64,000 nt of DNA from Chrysemys picta bellii (taxonomy: Eukaryota). This document shows, piece after piece, positions 1 through 11,830 of this stretch. A program made the position numbers and the translations under genes. The notes beneath the pieces were generated by a model. The model did no database searches. It was not told the origin of the DNA and saw nothing but the letters and a program-made list of their open reading frames with translations. Where the stretch lies: the NCBI RefSeq assembly GCF_011386835.1, contig NC_088795.1, forward strand, positions 144,646,001-144,710,000, in the 5' to 3' direction. Position 1 is the stretch's first letter. Every line of letters begins with the position of its first letter.

Positions 1-849
1 CAGCCTCGGGCACCCCAGTCACGGGGGCAGGTGTGGGGAGGGCACAGAGGGTCTGGAGCTGCAGCCATGTCAGAGCGAGGGGGAATCCACACCCAGGCTC
101 CAGGGCACCAGGGGAGGGCCCTGGGGTCAGGAAGGAATCCACCCTTTCTCCCAGGCCCGCTGGCCAGGTAGCAGCTAAACTCCCATTGGAGAGGAGGCAG
201 GGAGATCCCAGGGAAGGCAGCCTGAAGGCAGCCACAGGGAAGGGGCAGGGCCCAGCGTCCGAGGGCGGAGCTGGCAGGTCCCGGGGGAAGACACAGGCTC
301 CTGGGAACCAGCACAAGGGCTGGGAGATGGGAAGCGGTGCCAGGAGCCGCCTTGGTTGCTGAGCCCAGGCTGCCTGGGCCAAACGCGGAGCAGGGGGTGG
401 GCCTGGCCCCCCCCCAGCATGAGGGGGGCATAGAAACCAGGGATTCCCCCACACCCCCCTGAATTTCCCCAGCCCCAGTTTGTGAACTAGTTACATGCAG
501 TGTTGCCAATGTAGTGATTGGACATTTGAATTGAAAATGAAACATTAATACACACTTTAAAAGCATATACAGGGTGTGATAAAATACGCGGATCTGAAGA
601 AGTGTCACAGATTTGAAAAGTTTGAACCCAGACTCGCTTCCTTCTACGGCTGCTGTTTGGATGACAATGTCAGGGCATTCATTCCGGTGCTGTTGGCCAA
701 CCTCATCATTTCAAACGATGATTTGTAAGCGAAGTCTAAATGAGCGCTCCCTGACCGCTAGTGATGGGCTGGGGCTGGGGAGAAAGGCTTCCGGACCAGA
801 TTGTGTTTACATTCGTCTGGGGGGTAATGAAGTGTTGTTCTTATAGTAC

Positions 850-1360
850 GAGTAAAGGGTAGTAGAACTGTACGTAGCCTGTGCTGATAGAGGGCATCAA
901 GAGAGAGGGTGGGGACCTGTCCCTCTCCACTGTTTAAAGACAGAGCTGATTAGACTCCACAGATCGTCTTTTGTTTTGTTACAGCTGAAATCACTGATAA
1001 TCAGGTCTAAGTGCTTAGTCCTGCTGTGGGACAGTGTTTCTGCGGAAGGGACGGCCCAGACTGCACTAGCAGTGAGGTTCCCCCACTGAGAGCTCAGCTG
1101 AAATCACTGAGATCTGGTGGAACCTCAAGAGACCAACTCGCAGAGGTCACAGTGGCAGGTGGCAGCAGAAGGTGACGGCGCAGGGCCATTGGCAACAGAG
1201 CGATGGAGTGAACGGTGGCACAACGAACAACAGTGGCCAGAGCGAACAGTGAGCAGCTGGAGGAACAAGCAAGGTACCTTCTTGCCCCCCACCTGGGAGG
1301 TGAACTCACGGGAAAGCACCTCTGAACTCTGAGTCTCCACTGACCAAGGACAACACCACC
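850..1360 (+). mobile_element. Probable LTR-derived fragment nested in the hAT element
   Basis: Non-coding segment resembling recurrent turtle LTR sequence (GGTGAACTCAC..AAAGCACCTCTGAACTCTG..CACTGACCAAGGACA) as I recall it. Boundaries not resolved. Confidence 0.4.
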
Positions 1361-2313
1361 GAGTGTTAATGAGGCTGTTAAGAATGCTGGAAACACAACA
1401 CAGTTCATGTGAACAAACATGGCTGTGGCATCCTACTTTCTATTTAAGCAAGAGATACCACACACTACAAACTGGAGGCCAATGTTAAGTGCATTGCCAC
1501 TTGTTCATCTTGAAGTTGAACACTGGTTCCGAACAAGACCAGCAAATGCTCACTATCTTTCTGCAAGAAACTCAACTGACTGGCTAGAAGCATGTGGTGC
1601 AACAGTGAAAGACTCAACAGTTGAAAAAGTGAAGAACTCTCTCACCACATTCAAAAAATTCGCATACATGGCTGATGAATGCACCGATGCAAATGGGCAT
1701 CAAGTATTAAGACGTGTACATTTTCTTGATGTCAGTGGTAGTCCAGTAGATGCATTTCTAGATGTTCAAGTTATAGAAGACACAGCGGCTGCATCTGTGA
1801 CAACCCACATCTTAGAAGAGTTAAATGCTTGTCAATTGGACCCCAAACAGATGGCTGCTTGTGCATTTGATGCAGCTGCAAACTTCTCTGGAAGACATGG
1901 TGGAGCACAAGCTTTGCTCAGAGAAAAGTGTAACCCTAATCTCTCCTATACGCACTGCGGAGGCCATCTACTCCAACTAGCGCTAGTACGAGCTGCAGAC
2001 TCTTCAAAAGACATTAAAAAAGCTATAAACTTAATGTCTTCATTATATTCTTTTTTCAGCAAGAGTCCAAAAAGACTGAGTATCTTGGAAAATATAGAAG
2101 ATACACTGGGACTGAAGTTCAAATTAATCCAACCTAGAAAAACGCTCTGGCTTTCTCATGAGCGATCCTTGGCTGTTGTCTTAAAATTACTCCAGCCATT
2201 AGTGCTGGCTTTGGAAAGTATCTACCAAGATGGGACGGATCGAAGGAGTGAGGCTGGTGGATTACTTTTGCTACTACGTTCAGAGAAGACTATTGCCATT
2301 CTCTCTCTTGTAA

Positions 2314-2494
2314 GGGGGGGAGGGATAGCTCAGTGGTGTGAGCATTGGCCTGCTAAACCCAGGCTTGGGAGTTCAATCCTTGAGGGGGTCACTTAGGGAT
2401 CTGGGGCAAAAATCTGTCTGGGGATTGGTCCTGCTTTGAGCAGGGGGTTGGACTAGATACCTCCTGAGGTCCCGTCCAACCCGGATATTCTATG
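2314..2494 (+). mobile_element. Tortoise Pol III / Cry-type SINE (tRNA-derived head, CR1-derived 3' tail)
   Basis: GGGAGGGATAGCTCAGTGG A-box head, GTTCAATCC B-box, tail GGTCCC..CCAACCC..ATTCTATG. It splits the transposase reading frame, which resumes at about 2495. Confidence 0.9.
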
Positions 2495-3630
2495 AAGTCT
2501 ACTATTGAAATCACGTGGGTCATTAAACAAGGCCATCCAGGCATCTGCTACAACAGTATTAGATCTTTGTCCAGCAATAGAAGCTACATTTGGATCAATC
2601 AGAGAGCTACCCATTGAACAAGTACTGGAAGAAGCAGACTTCAGTCCCAAAGTTGACTAATGAAGGCATTTACATTGAATCCCTAAGTGAAGAGGACAAG
2701 AAGTGTTTGTTAAGACAACTGAAAAAGTACACAGACTTGATTCTTACAAATCTACAACAGCGACTTCTAGATTCTACTCAACCTCTACGTAGCTTTTACA
2801 GATCCCTGTCCTATAAAACACCGACAGTTGAGTGGAGTGCGGCACTTCCAGCAATGGGGCTGCCATGTGCTCAGGACAGAATAGAGAATTTGAACACAGA
2901 GTGGAATATCATACGACGAATGAATGAAGATTTGACTTCAACTTCTTTTTTATCATCACTAATGGCTCAACCCGATCTCTGTGCTATGTTTCCTGGGATG
3001 AAAGAAGTAGGAATTCATCTCTTGCTCCTCCCAGTCATGACAGCTACAGTTGAGCGTTCTTTTTCATCACTGAAGTTTGTGTTCTGAAAGAAGTCGCCTT
3101 CTGCCTGATCATGTGACTGACCTAATGAGCATATCAATTGAAGGAATGGAAGTACCGGACACACGAGAAGCCACTGAAGATGAAAGCGTTGCATTCAAGA
3201 AGTTCATTAACAGAGTTGTGCAAAATTATAACTAGAAACCAAGAAGGACGTAGACGTAGTGCTTCCTAGAAGGCTTGAGTAGCCAACTTTAATTTGTGTG
3301 ATGATTTTAAAACATGACTTAAATCTACTAAAATGGTCATGAAACATTTCAGTTTTTACTATGGTGCCATACAGCCGACCTTCACCCTCACGGTCTCACC
3401 TCTCATCGGCCCTGATCTCCCCCCCCCCCCCCCCGCCATAAATTCAAACACCTCCCCCCCCCAATTTCAATTCCTGGGGAAAACACTGGTAGAAACCCAA
3501 CCCAAGGACTGCCGAGCCCAGGGCAGGGTGAGGAGCGGCCCGAGGGGGCGACGCTGGGACTCGTTACCTGGTAGGGATCTGGCCTAGGTGCCATGGCAGG
3601 GCCAGAGCTGAGCAGCACCCGGCGGCATAG

Positions 3631-4448
3631 TGTGACAAAGTGGGAGATTTTCTTGGTTTTCCAATGGTTTGCATGCAGAGCGGGTGGGACTCAGTTTCCC
3701 TGGGTGTTACTGGTTTAACAAGGGAGGGGAGAGGGAGTTTGTGGTTACAGAGGACCAGCGAGGGAACTCGGGACCCCAGCCAATGGCCTGGAGAATGGAG
3801 ACCCCAGCGACTGGGGACCTGGCGACCCGGAGGCCCAGCCGGTTCTGGCCAGTGGGAGGACAATGGGCTGCAAAGAGAGGACCCAGTGACCTAACCAGCC
3901 AGTTCCAGGCAGAGGACAGAAGCGAGGAGAGGAGGCCCCAGTTTACAACCCTGTTTACCTGGAGAGAAGACAATGGACAGAGGCGGGGCTTGGGGCCGGG
4001 ATCTCAGATGCCCATCTGGGGAGCAGGGGGGCTCTGGGCTGGAGAAGGGGAGCAGGCAGAGCCCACCTGGATGCAGAGAGACTGGGGTGTGCTGGGCTGA
4101 GGGAGGCCAGGCCTGAGGCCCTGAGAGTTTCCTGTGCTGTGTTCAACTCTCAATAAACCCTCCTGTGTTACGCCGGCTGAGAGTTGCTCCGGGGTAGAGA
4201 ACAGGGTTGGGGGGGGGGGGCATTATTCCCTCTAGGAGTGGAGGCCCCGGGGGTCCAGAGCGAGTGGACTCCGAGGGGGCCCACAGCAGAGACAGACGTG
4301 CTAAGGCTCAGAGAGGTGCGGCTCCAGGAGGTGGAGGAGCCTGACCCTGAGAGAGAGTGGACCCCCGAGAAGGGCTGTCGCACTGAAGGGGGTTCCCCCC
4401 ACGGACTGCACGGGGCCAAGAGTGGGCACGACCTGTGAGTCCGTGACA
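3631..4448 (+). mobile_element. Solo LTR (Gypsy/ERV-like)
   Basis: Begins TGTGAC and ends GTGACA, about 820 bp, with CAATAAA near 4151. No clean TSD seen. Confidence 0.7.
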
Positions 4449-7085
4449 CAGTTTCCAAGGCCAGGAGGGACCCTCGTGCTCACCAGTCTGAACCCACAGA
4501 CAGCCCAGGCCTGGGACCTGCCCCCATTCAGCCTTGCAGCAGAGCGCTTAGAAAATCGGCCGGTCTGGACAGAGAAATGGCCTGGGATGGAGACTCCCCC
4601 AGACCCCTGGGGATACGGGAGCAAGGGCTCATTGCAAATGGACCCCTTCTTGCCAGGCTGAATTTGTCTGGCTTCAACTCCCAGCCATTGCACCGTGTTC
4701 AACCCTCCTCTGCTGAGATGTCCCCCCAGGCAGGTACCTACAGATTGGTACCTGAGCCTATTCTCCGTGACGCCAACTCCACTGAGCTCCCGGAGTCTCT
4801 CACTATCCGGCAGGTGTCTAACCCTACAGGCATTCCCGGGGCTCTTCTCTGACCCCTCCCCAATGGCTCAACCTCCTTCCCGAACTGGGGGCGCAGGCCT
4901 GCAGCAGCGGTCGCCTGATGACCTGACCCCGGCCGCACAGAGCGGGGCCAGGCACAGTGCAGCAGGGCATGCTGGGATTGGGCCGAGGGGGGGGAGGGCA
5001 TTGGTCCCATCACAGGGGCGAGACTAGGAGAGCCCACTGGGCTGATATTCCTGCACGTGCCCCGCCCAGCCCCCAGACGTGGCAATGGGGGAGTCACCTG
5101 CACAGCCCCGATGGCCCTACGGCCACAGGTGGGGCCTGGCAGACACCCGCTTGCCCCTGGAAGTGACATGGCCCAGACCTTGCCCTGTGCCAGGCAGGCA
5201 ACCAGACCCTGCCCACACGTGCAATCTCACGGGACGGGACAGGACCCGCCCCGGGGAGGCGCATGCGACTGACTCAGCGCCCGGCCGAGACACAGAACCC
5301 CCCTCCCCCGCCGAGACACAGTGCCCCCCCCCACCCCAACACACACACACTCACCCCGAGCCCACCAGGTCCTGGCATCCCAGCGCCAAGCTCTAGTGGT
5401 GGCAGAAAACACAGCCGGCCGCAGGCCCCAAGCCCCCACCCCCGCCAGCACCAAACCCTGCCCCCGCCAGCGGAGTTGGGGGTGGGGGTGATTTCCTTCT
5501 TCACAAATCTTGTGCTGCCGTCAGGAAATAAGCACTGGTTGCTAAGCCACTATCCATCTGCCCCACATTCCCCAGGCCCCTGCCAGCCCCCAGCACAGCT
5601 GGGAAATGCAGCAACCCAGGGCCAGAGAAAGGATCGGGGCCGGAGGTCCCGTCTGCCTCTCTCCCGTTTCATAAGTCACTGGGGTGTGGGGAGTCTGTAG
5701 GGCTGGAAGCGAGTCTAGACACTCCCCAGTTCCAGTTCACTGAGCGCTCCCCACCCCGTGACCCAGCACCCCACAGCGGCCCCAGTCCCAACAGGGTAAC
5801 ACCAGCTGCCCCCTGAAACTTCACAAGTCCCACGGATTGAAGACCAGAGTCCCCAAAGCACCCCCCCAGATGGACACGCCCCCCAGTGCACCCCATGAGC
5901 CAGGCCTGCAGAGAACGGTTGCACAATCGCTCCCCAGAGGGTGCGCTGCCCTGAGAAACCAGCCCAGACACGCCCGGCACAGCACGATGCAGCGACGTCT
6001 GCCCGAGCTGCCCCATTCCCCTCCCCAGGGTGTTCACTCTGCACCCGTGTGAGCACTTCCAGTATCAAACCTTTCCGTGACCGCCCAGCTCCCCTATGGG
6101 GCGCAGTGCTGGACAGAGTGGGGGCCATGGGAAAACTCTCACAGTTTTCGGTGGGGGGGATGAGGAATTTAAGCTCCTAGATTTAAGTCCCCCCATCTCT
6201 GTCGAAGAGGGGAGGAGAAAATCAGCCCCAGCCTGGAGCCCTGTCGCCACCGGACCTGGTGCCTGCCCTGAGGGGGCTGCACATTGGCACGAGCCTCCTG
6301 CCTGCTGCACAATCCCCCGCAGGGCAACGCTGCCCCTCATTTGCTCCTCCTGGGCAAGAGACTCGCGCCCACCTGCCTCAGGCTGGCCAAGCTGAGGGGC
6401 CGGGGCAGGGCACAGGCCCGTGAAACACACGTGCACATCACCATGCAGCACTCCAGGCACCGAGCCCTCACTTACAGCAGCAGCGCGCCAGATGCTAGGA
6501 GAAAGGAGCCCAGCCTGCCCGCGGGCACCGCCCTGTTGCTAGGTGTGCCAACTCTCACCACACGCCAGGGGTGGGCCCGGGGAGGTGCCTGCTCCAGCCC
6601 TGGCCTGGGGAGATGCCCAGCCCCGCCCCTGCCCAGGGCCCAGCCCAGCGAGGTGCCCGGCCTCCAGCCAAGGGTGATTCCCAGACAGCCAGGGATGGGC
6701 ACAGGCTGAGCAGGCCCCTGGAGGAGATGCAGGGATGGTCCCACGTCAGGAACAGGCCCTGGGATCCAGCCCCAGCCAGGGCAGATCTGCTCCCCACCCT
6801 TGAGGTGCTGAGCCCTCCACACCGGGGCAGGGGCAGGGGCAGGGCCTGGCAGACACTCCTTCAGGCCTGCAGCGTGGCTGGGGGCGGAGCAGCATCCCCC
6901 ACCCCCGCCCCATGGAGCCTGTAGGTGGGTTTGTGCCTGTGTCCCGTGTCTCCCTGGCCTTGCCCCATCCCCTCGCCAACCTGGTCTGGCTCTCTCATCC
7001 CCCTCAGCCTGCCCCCCGAGCCCATCAGCCCAGCTCCCGCCCTGCAGCGTCTCCGCGGGCGCCCCCAGGTCTCCCTGGCACTCAC

Positions 7086-7109
7086 TTTGCCGATCCTGCA
7101 GATGTCCAT
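7086..7109 (-). CDS. RTKN: Candidate alternative first coding exon of RTKN (MDICRIGK)
   Basis: Strong Kozak context (agcATGg) and consensus donor AAA|GTGAGT in phase 0, like the other two RTKN first exons. Lies about 330 bp downstream of a MEF2/E-box cluster. No transcript evidence. Confidence 0.5.
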
Positions 7110-7434
7110 GCTGGGAGCTCTCAGCTGCCTGTGGGCTCCCCCTCCTAGCCGCGTGCCCCCAGCATGCCAGCGCCCCAGCCCATCGCCCCCAGCCTGCGCA
7201 CGGCTCCGGGAGCTGTGCAGCGCTGGCCTGGCGGCTGACGAAGGGCTAGGGAGAGCTGAGCAGTGCGATGCCAAGCTCCCTGCGGAGCCGGCGCTGGGCG
7301 CAGGGGAGGGAGGGGGCCGGGGAGCCGGCAGGGGAAGGGGGAGCAGCAGGAGCTGTTTCCCGGCAGCTCCAAGGCTGAGCCGGCAGCTCCAGCAATTCAC
7401 ACCATGGAGAGCGTGGAGGAAACGGTGACATCAC

Positions 7435-7567
7435 CAGCTGGCTATAAATAGCATGGGGGGGGGCAGACAGCTGCACTGGCGAGGGGGATGGACAGCTGCC
7501 TCCTTTCCCAGGTGGGGGGGGGGCACAGCTGCAGCCACCAGGGTGAAGCCAAGAGGGGGAGCAGCTG
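7435..7567 (-). promoter_or_regulatory. Muscle-type regulatory module: MEF2 site plus six E-boxes
   Basis: CTATAAATAG (MEF2 consensus YTAWWWWTAR) at 7442-7451; CAGCTG at 7435, 7468, 7493, 7526, 7562; CAGGTG at 7509. Confidence 0.65.
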
Positions 7568-9061
7568 CCTCCCACCCCCAGCTCGGGAGAAAGTGATGGG
7601 GGGGCTGAGGCACCCCAAGGGGCGTGGGCAGAGGGACCCCTGGCAGGAGGCACTCCCCACCCCCGCCCTGGTCACAGGGAGCACCCACCGGATGGGCTCG
7701 CCTTGGAGGTGGGGCCCCAAGACAAACACAGGGTGTCCGGGGAACGGATCCCCCCGACCCCGAGAGGCAGGGCAGGGCGGGCGGGACAGTCTGGCCCTAC
7801 TCCGGGAGGGATGGCCAGGTGACGGTGTGGGGAGGGGTACTGGAGGGCAGGGCAGGGGTGGGTCTCCCCCAGCTATGGGGGGCATGGTCCCCACCCCTTG
7901 GCGCTGGCTAAGCCAGTTGTGTTTGGTCTCATGCTGCCTGGGACCTAGAGGTGATTAACAGCCGATTTGCTAATAGGATTGCTCAGTAAATCCCGCGGGG
8001 GGGGGGCGGGTAGAGCTGGACAGACACTGGGTTTCCCCCTGCCCAGAGTCTCACCAATTCCACCCCCTCCCTGGCAGGACAGCTCAGCTCAGCAGAGGGG
8101 GCTCTCCCCCTCCCCCTGCAGCGCTGGATGGTCACAGGTTCAAATCTCCCCTGTCTGGATCCTGACTCAGAACCAACCCCTCCCTTGGCAGGACACGGAC
8201 ACCAAATCACAGGCCTGGAGTGAGTGCCCGGCCAAGGGCACCGTGGGGCTCCCCAAAGGCAGGGACACAGGATCCCCAGCGCCCCAGGAAGGGAAGAGCA
8301 GAGCGGATGGAGAGCCCAGGACGGGGTGAGGAGACGTGCACAGAGGGGGGAGGCCAAAGAGCAGGGCAGGAGGGGCCTATACCCAGAACTCCCTGCAGAG
8401 CTGGGAGGAGCAGAGCGGCACAGCCGGGGGAGAGGGGCCTGGAGAAGCAGAGGCTAACGGGGAGGGATCTCGGATTAGGGGGCTCTGGCTCACAGGAATC
8501 ATTACACTAATCTGTTGCACCGGGGAGGGGGGAGACCCAGCCCTGGGGAGGGGGAGCAGCACCTGGCCGGGAGCGACTCAGCCCTGGGAGACGCCTTTGG
8601 GGGCAGGGGCACTTGGCGCTGAGGCGGTGCGCCCCCTGCAGGCAGAGTGGGGGCCCAGCTCCTTGTCCTGCAACGGGGACTCCCCCAGGCCCCCAGCTCC
8701 TGAGCGCACCCGGCTCACGTCTCCTCCCTCCTCTGCACCCCCACTGCCCAGGCGCCGCTTGCCCCCCCCCCCCGCTCTCCTGGATCCCCGGGCACCCCAC
8801 TGGCTCACACACGCCCACGGCAGCCGCCCCCTTCACAGGCACAGCCACGACCGACCGCCGACGTGGAAATCAGGAGCAGACAGCGCCTGATTAAAAGCAG
8901 CTTGGAGAGCCCGCAGCCAGGACCCCCTCCCCCAGCCCGCAGGGGGAGAGAGCAGAGTCCCCACAGCGCCAGCCCCTGGCTGCCAGTGTCCCCCACCCAG
9001 CAACGGGCACAGAGGGGAAAGGACGAGCCCCAGGTGACAGTGAGTCATGGCAGATCTGGAA

Positions 9062-9530
9062 AATGAACCCTGAGTCCTGGCTCCCAGCTCCAACCTACCA
9101 GTTCCCACGTCCCTCCCAGAGCTGGGGAGAGAACCCAGGAGTCCTGGCTCCCAGCTCCAACCCACCAGCCCCCACTCCCCACCCAGAGCCAGGGAGAGAA
9201 CCCAGGAGTCCTGGCTCCCAGCTCCAACCCACCAATCCCCACTCCCCACCCAGAGCCAGGGAGAGAACCCAGGAGTCCTGGCTCCCAGCTCCAACCCACC
9301 AGCCCCCACTCCTTGCCCAGAGCCAGGGAGAGAACCCAGGAGTCCTGGCTCCCAGCTCCAACCCACCAGCCCCCACTCCTTGCCCAGAGCCAGGGAGAGA
9401 ACCCAGGAGTCCTGGCTCCCAGCTCCAACCCACCAGCCCCCACTCCTCGCCCAGAGCCAGGGAGAGAACCCAGGAGTCCTGGCTCCCAGCTCCAACCCAC
9501 CAGCCCCCATTTCCCGCCCGGAGCCAGGAA
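9062..9530. repeat. Minisatellite, ~67-bp unit, ~7 copies
   Basis: Repeated GAGAACCCAGGAGTCCTGGCTCCCAGCTCCAACCCACCAGCCCCCACTCC. Translated repeats cycle through reading frames. Confidence 0.9.
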
Positions 9531-10595
9531 CAGAAAATGATCCCAGCGGCTGGGTTTGCCTGAGAGCAGGAAACTGGTGAGCAAAGCCTGCAGCAGCAGG
9601 TTCCGGGCAGTCTGGAGGGCGAGGGCCAGCCCCCGACCTGCCCGCATGCTCCGTGCCGCTGCCCCACTAACGGATGCCCGGACACAACCCGGGTGCCATC
9701 CCCCTTGGCTCTGTGCGCTCCCCGGGGCTAGAGTAACAAGGGCCAGACTACAGCTCCCAGCATGCACCGCTCCCGCCAGCACCAACCAGGCCACTGGGTC
9801 TCCCCACGGGAGCAGACGCATTCGGGCGCATGCTTCGCCCAGGGGCACACGCTGCCAGCCTGGTCTTTGCTGTCAGAGTCTGGGCCCATCCCCTGCACCA
9901 GGCCCCCCTCCAAGGCACCATCCGCCCACGAGCGCCCCGCCAGCCCTGCACACAGGCACTGACGCGAGTCCCTGCCAGGCTGCCCCACAGAGCCAGGCTG
10001 CACGCGCTGCCCCACGGAGCCCGATACATGCAGGAGCCCACGCAGCGCCCTGGAGCCATGCCAGCCTACTCCACCCCAGCCAGGATGCCACACACATTCC
10101 TGAGCTCAGGGCCCCCGCCCACAGGGAGATGCATGCTGCACGCTGACTGGGTGGTGGGAGTCGGGGGTGTCAGAACCCAGGAGTCCGGGCTCCCAGACCA
10201 GTGTTAATCACCTCACTGGGTGATTCTGCTCCAGCGCCAGCCCGAGGCACCAGCTGCCTGCAGCCATGGGGGGCGGGATGCTGCCCCCAGCAGCGCCACC
10301 ACCAGCCAAGCACCCCAAGCACTTCAAAGTCCCAGCAGCCCCTTCAATGCCCGACAGCCCCAAAGCCCCAGGGTCTGCCCTCGCTCGTCCCCTGCAATAA
10401 GGCCCAACATGGACTGGAGCTCAGCAAAGCCAGCCTGGCTCCCTGGACACCCGTGGGGGTAACCATGTGGTCTTGGCACCGACGGGCCACAGGGATCCCA
10501 GGACGGGCAGTCCCCGCGCCCTGCCATGGTGAGTGCCAGGGTGGGATGCAGGAGCCGCCCCCGGACGCTTGGCAGGGGCACCGCGGGAGCCGTAC

Positions 10596-10700
10596 CTGCA
10601 GGCTGAGTGCTATCTGCCGGATGTACAGCATGTTGAGGTCCTCTAGGATCCGAAGCCTGTCCTGCATCTCTGCAAACCTGTCCCTCGCCGCCATGTCCAT
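10596..10700 (-). CDS. RTKN: Rhotekin alternative first coding exon (isoform-b type, MQDRLRILEDLNMLYIRQIALSLQ)
   Basis: Matches the known RTKN isoform N-terminus MQDRL(H/R)ILEDLNMLYIRQMALSL. Phase-0 donor CAG|GTACGG at 10596/10595. Conserved Met at 10667, in-frame upstream ATG at 10700. Confidence 0.9.
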
Positions 10701-11074
10701 GGAACCGGCTACACCCCCGGCCCGGCCCAGTCCCTAGCAGTCCCAGTGCCCCTGCACAGGTGCCGGCTCACCAGGCCACAGCCAATGCCCATGGCCACCC
10801 CGCCTGGAGGGTCAGGTGCAAGGTGCCTGTGAGCGGTGCCCCGAGCTCTGCTCCGCTCTGTCTGAGCGCCACAGGACGGGGCTCCCCGATCTCACCCGGA
10901 GCAGGCGGGTATGTGGGGCAGGCTCGCTGCCTCCTCGCATTCCCCTGCCCCCGGCTGTCTCGTCAGCGGATTCCCAGCCACCAGCCACGGACCCAGCTGT
11001 GAAGAGAAAAGGCCCATTCATCCCAGCCCCAGTACTGCGCATTTTCCTCCCACAGAACAAGCAGCCAGTGTGCA

Positions 11075-11830
11075 GGGGCCAGGGCAGCGCCCCCCACTCG
11101 CAGCCCAGTGCCGGGGGGGGCAGGGGCCAGGGCAGCGCCCCCCCACTCGCAGCCCAGTGCGAGGGGGGGCAGGGGCCAGGGCAGCGCCCCCCACTCGCAG
11201 CCCAGTGCCGGGGGGGGCAGGGGCCAGGGCAGCGCCCCCCACTCGCAGCCCAGTGCCGGGGGGGGCAGGGGCCAGGGCAGCGCCCCCCACTCGCAGCCCA
11301 GTGCCGGGGGGGGCAGGGGCCAGGGCAGCGCCCCCCACTCGCAGCCCAGTGCCGGGGGGGGCAGGGGCCAGGGCAGCGCCCCCCACTCGCAGCCCAGTGC
11401 CGGGGGGGGCAGGGGCCAGGGCAGCCCCCCCCACTCGCAGCCCAGTGCTCGGAGGGGGCAGGGGCCAGGGCAGCGACCCCCACTCGCAGCCCAGTGCTCG
11501 GAGGGGGCAGGGCTCAGGGCAGCGCCCCCTGATTGCAGCCCAGTGCCGGGGGGGGGCAGGGCTCAGGGCAACGCCCCCCACTCGCAGCCCAGTGCCGGGG
11601 GGGGGCAGGGGCCCCCACTCGCAGCCCAGTGCCGGGGGGGGGGGCAGGGGCCCCTGATTGCAGCCCAGTGCCGGGGGGGGGGCAGGGGCCAGGGCAGCGC
11701 CCCCCACTCGCAGCCCAGTGCTCGGGGGGGGCGGCGGGCTCAGGGCGGCGCCCCCCACTCGCAGCCCAGTGCCCGGGGGGGGCGGCGGGCTCAGGGCGGC
11801 GCCCCCCACTTCCATGCCAGTGCCGGGGGA
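11075..11830. repeat. GC-rich minisatellite, ~48-bp unit, ~15 copies
   Basis: Repeated GGGGCCAGGGCAGCGCCCCCCACTCGCAGCCCAGTGCCGGGGGGGCA. Confidence 0.9.

Larger units (their letters stand above)
438..3488 (+). mobile_element. Decayed hAT DNA transposon (ZNF862-like transposase) interrupted by a SINE and a probable LTR fragment
   Basis: ORF 1419-2396 has hAT motifs (MADECTD, AFDAAANFSG, CxxH in THCGGH, TLWLS). ORF 2590-3087 ends in the dimerization motif LLPVMTATVERSFSSL. Imperfect TIRs CAGGGATTCCCC / rc CAGTGTTTTCCCC. Near-perfect 8-bp TSD ATAGAAAC (430-437) and GTAGAAAC (3489-3496). Confidence 0.85.

Noticed and set aside
2314-2400. tRNA-like sequence (also at 20725, and on the minus strand near 15804 and 18013)
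   Set aside because: These are tRNA-derived SINE heads followed by CR1-like tails, not complete tRNA genes.
1-7080. Search for the common RTKN exon (DTELQRKLDHEIRMREG..)
   Set aside because: Not found on the minus strand in this interval; it presumably lies left of the window.
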